From: Eledone cirrhosa
Lineage: Eukaryota
Reading direction: 5' to 3'
Length of the DNA stretch: 64,000 nucleotides
Assembly (NCBI GenBank): GCA_964016885.1
Contig: OZ024744.1
Span: forward strand, 134,850,001 to 134,914,000
The notes beneath the pieces are model-generated. The model saw nothing but the letters and a program-made list of their open reading frames with translations, was not told the origin of the DNA and searched no databases. Positions 62,801-64,000 of this stretch are shown in pieces. The translations under genes were made by a program, and so were the position numbers. Positions within the stretch are counted from its first letter, which is position 1, and every line of letters begins with the position of its first letter.

Positions 62801-64000
62801 GTTGGGGGCAAGTTAAGTTGGGGTTAATTTAAGTTGGGGTTAAATTAAGTTGGGGTTACGTTAAGTTGGTGTTAAGTTAAGTTGGGGTTAATTTAAGTTG
62901 GGGTTAATTAAGTTGGGGTTAAGTTAAGTTGGGGTTAAGTTAAGTTGGGGTTAATTTAAGTTGGGGTTGAGTTAAGTTGGGGTTAAGTTAAGTTGGGGTT
63001 ATATTAAGTTGGGGTTAAGTTAAGTTGGGGTTCAGTTAAGTTGGGGTTAAGTTAAGTTGGGGTTAAGTTAAGTTGAGGTTAAGTTAAGTTGGGGTTAAGT
63101 TAAGTTGGTGTTAAGTTAAGTTGGGGCTAAGTTAAGTTGGGGCTGAGTTAAGTTGGGGCTGAGTTAAGTTGGGGCTAAGTTAAGTTGGGGTTGAGTTAAG
63201 TTGGGGTTAAGTTGGGGTTAAGTTAAGTTAGGTTTAAGTTAAGTTGGGGTTAAGTTAAGTTGGGGTTAAGTTAAGTTGGGGTTAAGTTAAGTTGGGGTTA
63301 AGTTAAGTTGGGGTTAAGTTAAGTTGGGGTTAAGTTAAGTTGGGGTTAAGTTAATTTGTGGTTAAGTTAAGTTGTGGTTAAGTTAAGTTGGGGTTAAGTT
63401 AAGTTGGGGTTAAGTTAAGTCGGGGTTAAGTTAAGTTGGGGTTAAGTTAAGTTGGGGTTAATTAAGTTGGGGTTAAGTTAAGTTGGGGTTAAGTTAAGTT
63501 GGGGTTAATTTAAGTTGGGGTTGAGTTAAGTTGGGGTTGAGTTAAATTGGGGTTGAGTTAAGTTGGGGTTGAGTTAAGTTGGTGTTGAGTTAAGTTGGGG
63601 TTAAGTTAAGTTGGGGTTAAATTAAGTTGGGGTTAAATTAAGTTGGGGTTAAGTTAAGTTGGGGGTAAGTTAAGTTGGGGGCAAGTTAAGTTGGGGTTAA
63701 TATAAGTTGGGGTTAAATTAAGTTGGGGTTACGTTAAGTTGGTGCTAAGTTAAGTTGGGGTTAATTTAAGTTGGGGTTAATTAAGTTGGGGTTAAGTTAA
63801 GTTGGGGTTAAGTTAAGTTGGGGTTAATTTAAGTTGGGGTTGAGTTAAGTTGGGGTTAAGTTAATTTGGGGTTATATTAAGTTGGGGTTAAGTTAAGTTG
63901 GGGTTCAGTTAAGTTGGGGTTAAGTTAAGTTGGGGTTAAGTTAAGTTGAGGTTAAGTTAAGTTGGGGTTAAGTTAAGTTGGTGTTAAGTTAAGTTGGAGC

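Larger units (their letters stand above)
1..64000 (+). repeat. Satellite array of 16-bp monomer TTAAGTTAAGTTGGGG (~4000 copies, G-rich on +), telomere-like, running off both window edges
   Basis: The monomer is read directly throughout the window. Variants are mostly single substitutions (TTGAG, CTAAG, TTAAT, TTCAG, TCGGGG, TTGTGG, TTGAGG), plus 11-bp and 15-bp deletion monomers. No unique sequence was seen. Confidence 0.99.

Noticed and set aside
1-64000. Protein-coding ORFs
   Set aside because: TTAA occurs twice per monomer, giving TAA on both strands. The 16-bp period rotates these through all frames, so every frame is stopped within a few tens of bases.
1-64000. CRISPR array
   Set aside because: There are no unique spacers between repeats and no cas genes; the repeats are directly adjacent.
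1-64000. A freshly telomerase-synthesised terminal tract
   Set aside because: Perfect runs are short (about 7 monomers, e.g. ~9790-9900), variant patterns are copied over kilobases, and internal inversions are present. This points to recombinational amplification.
1-64000. Variant monomers as an information-bearing code or diversity-generating cassette system
   Set aside because: The recurring variant order is explained by nested duplications, and no associated enzyme gene or expression site is present.

Overview
The whole 64-kb window is one non-coding tandem-repeat (satellite) array. Its 16-bp monomer is TTAAG-TTAAG-TTGGGG (T6 A4 G6, no C on the + strand), in about 4000 copies. I see no genes, RNA genes, transposon bodies or CRISPR arrays. 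Three layers of structure are visible by eye. (1) The monomer is telomere-like: it is built from a TTAGG-like pentamer and TTGGGG, and has an 11-bp variant TTAAGTTGGGG. (2) Twenty-three short inverted (C-strand) cassettes of 152-216 bp share the same two junctions, so they descend from one inversion event. Each starts at a spacer-less GGGGTT|AACCCC (or GGGTTT|AACCCC) fold-back junction, and they fall into haplotypes confined to different parts of the window. (3) Variant monomers reveal nested, irregular higher-order duplications, for example 4711 bp, 3287 bp, ~5.9 kb, ~5.2 kb and ~1417 bp. Organism, chromosomal position and function cannot be determined from the sequence alone. All coordinates were counted by hand, and duplication boundaries are approximate.
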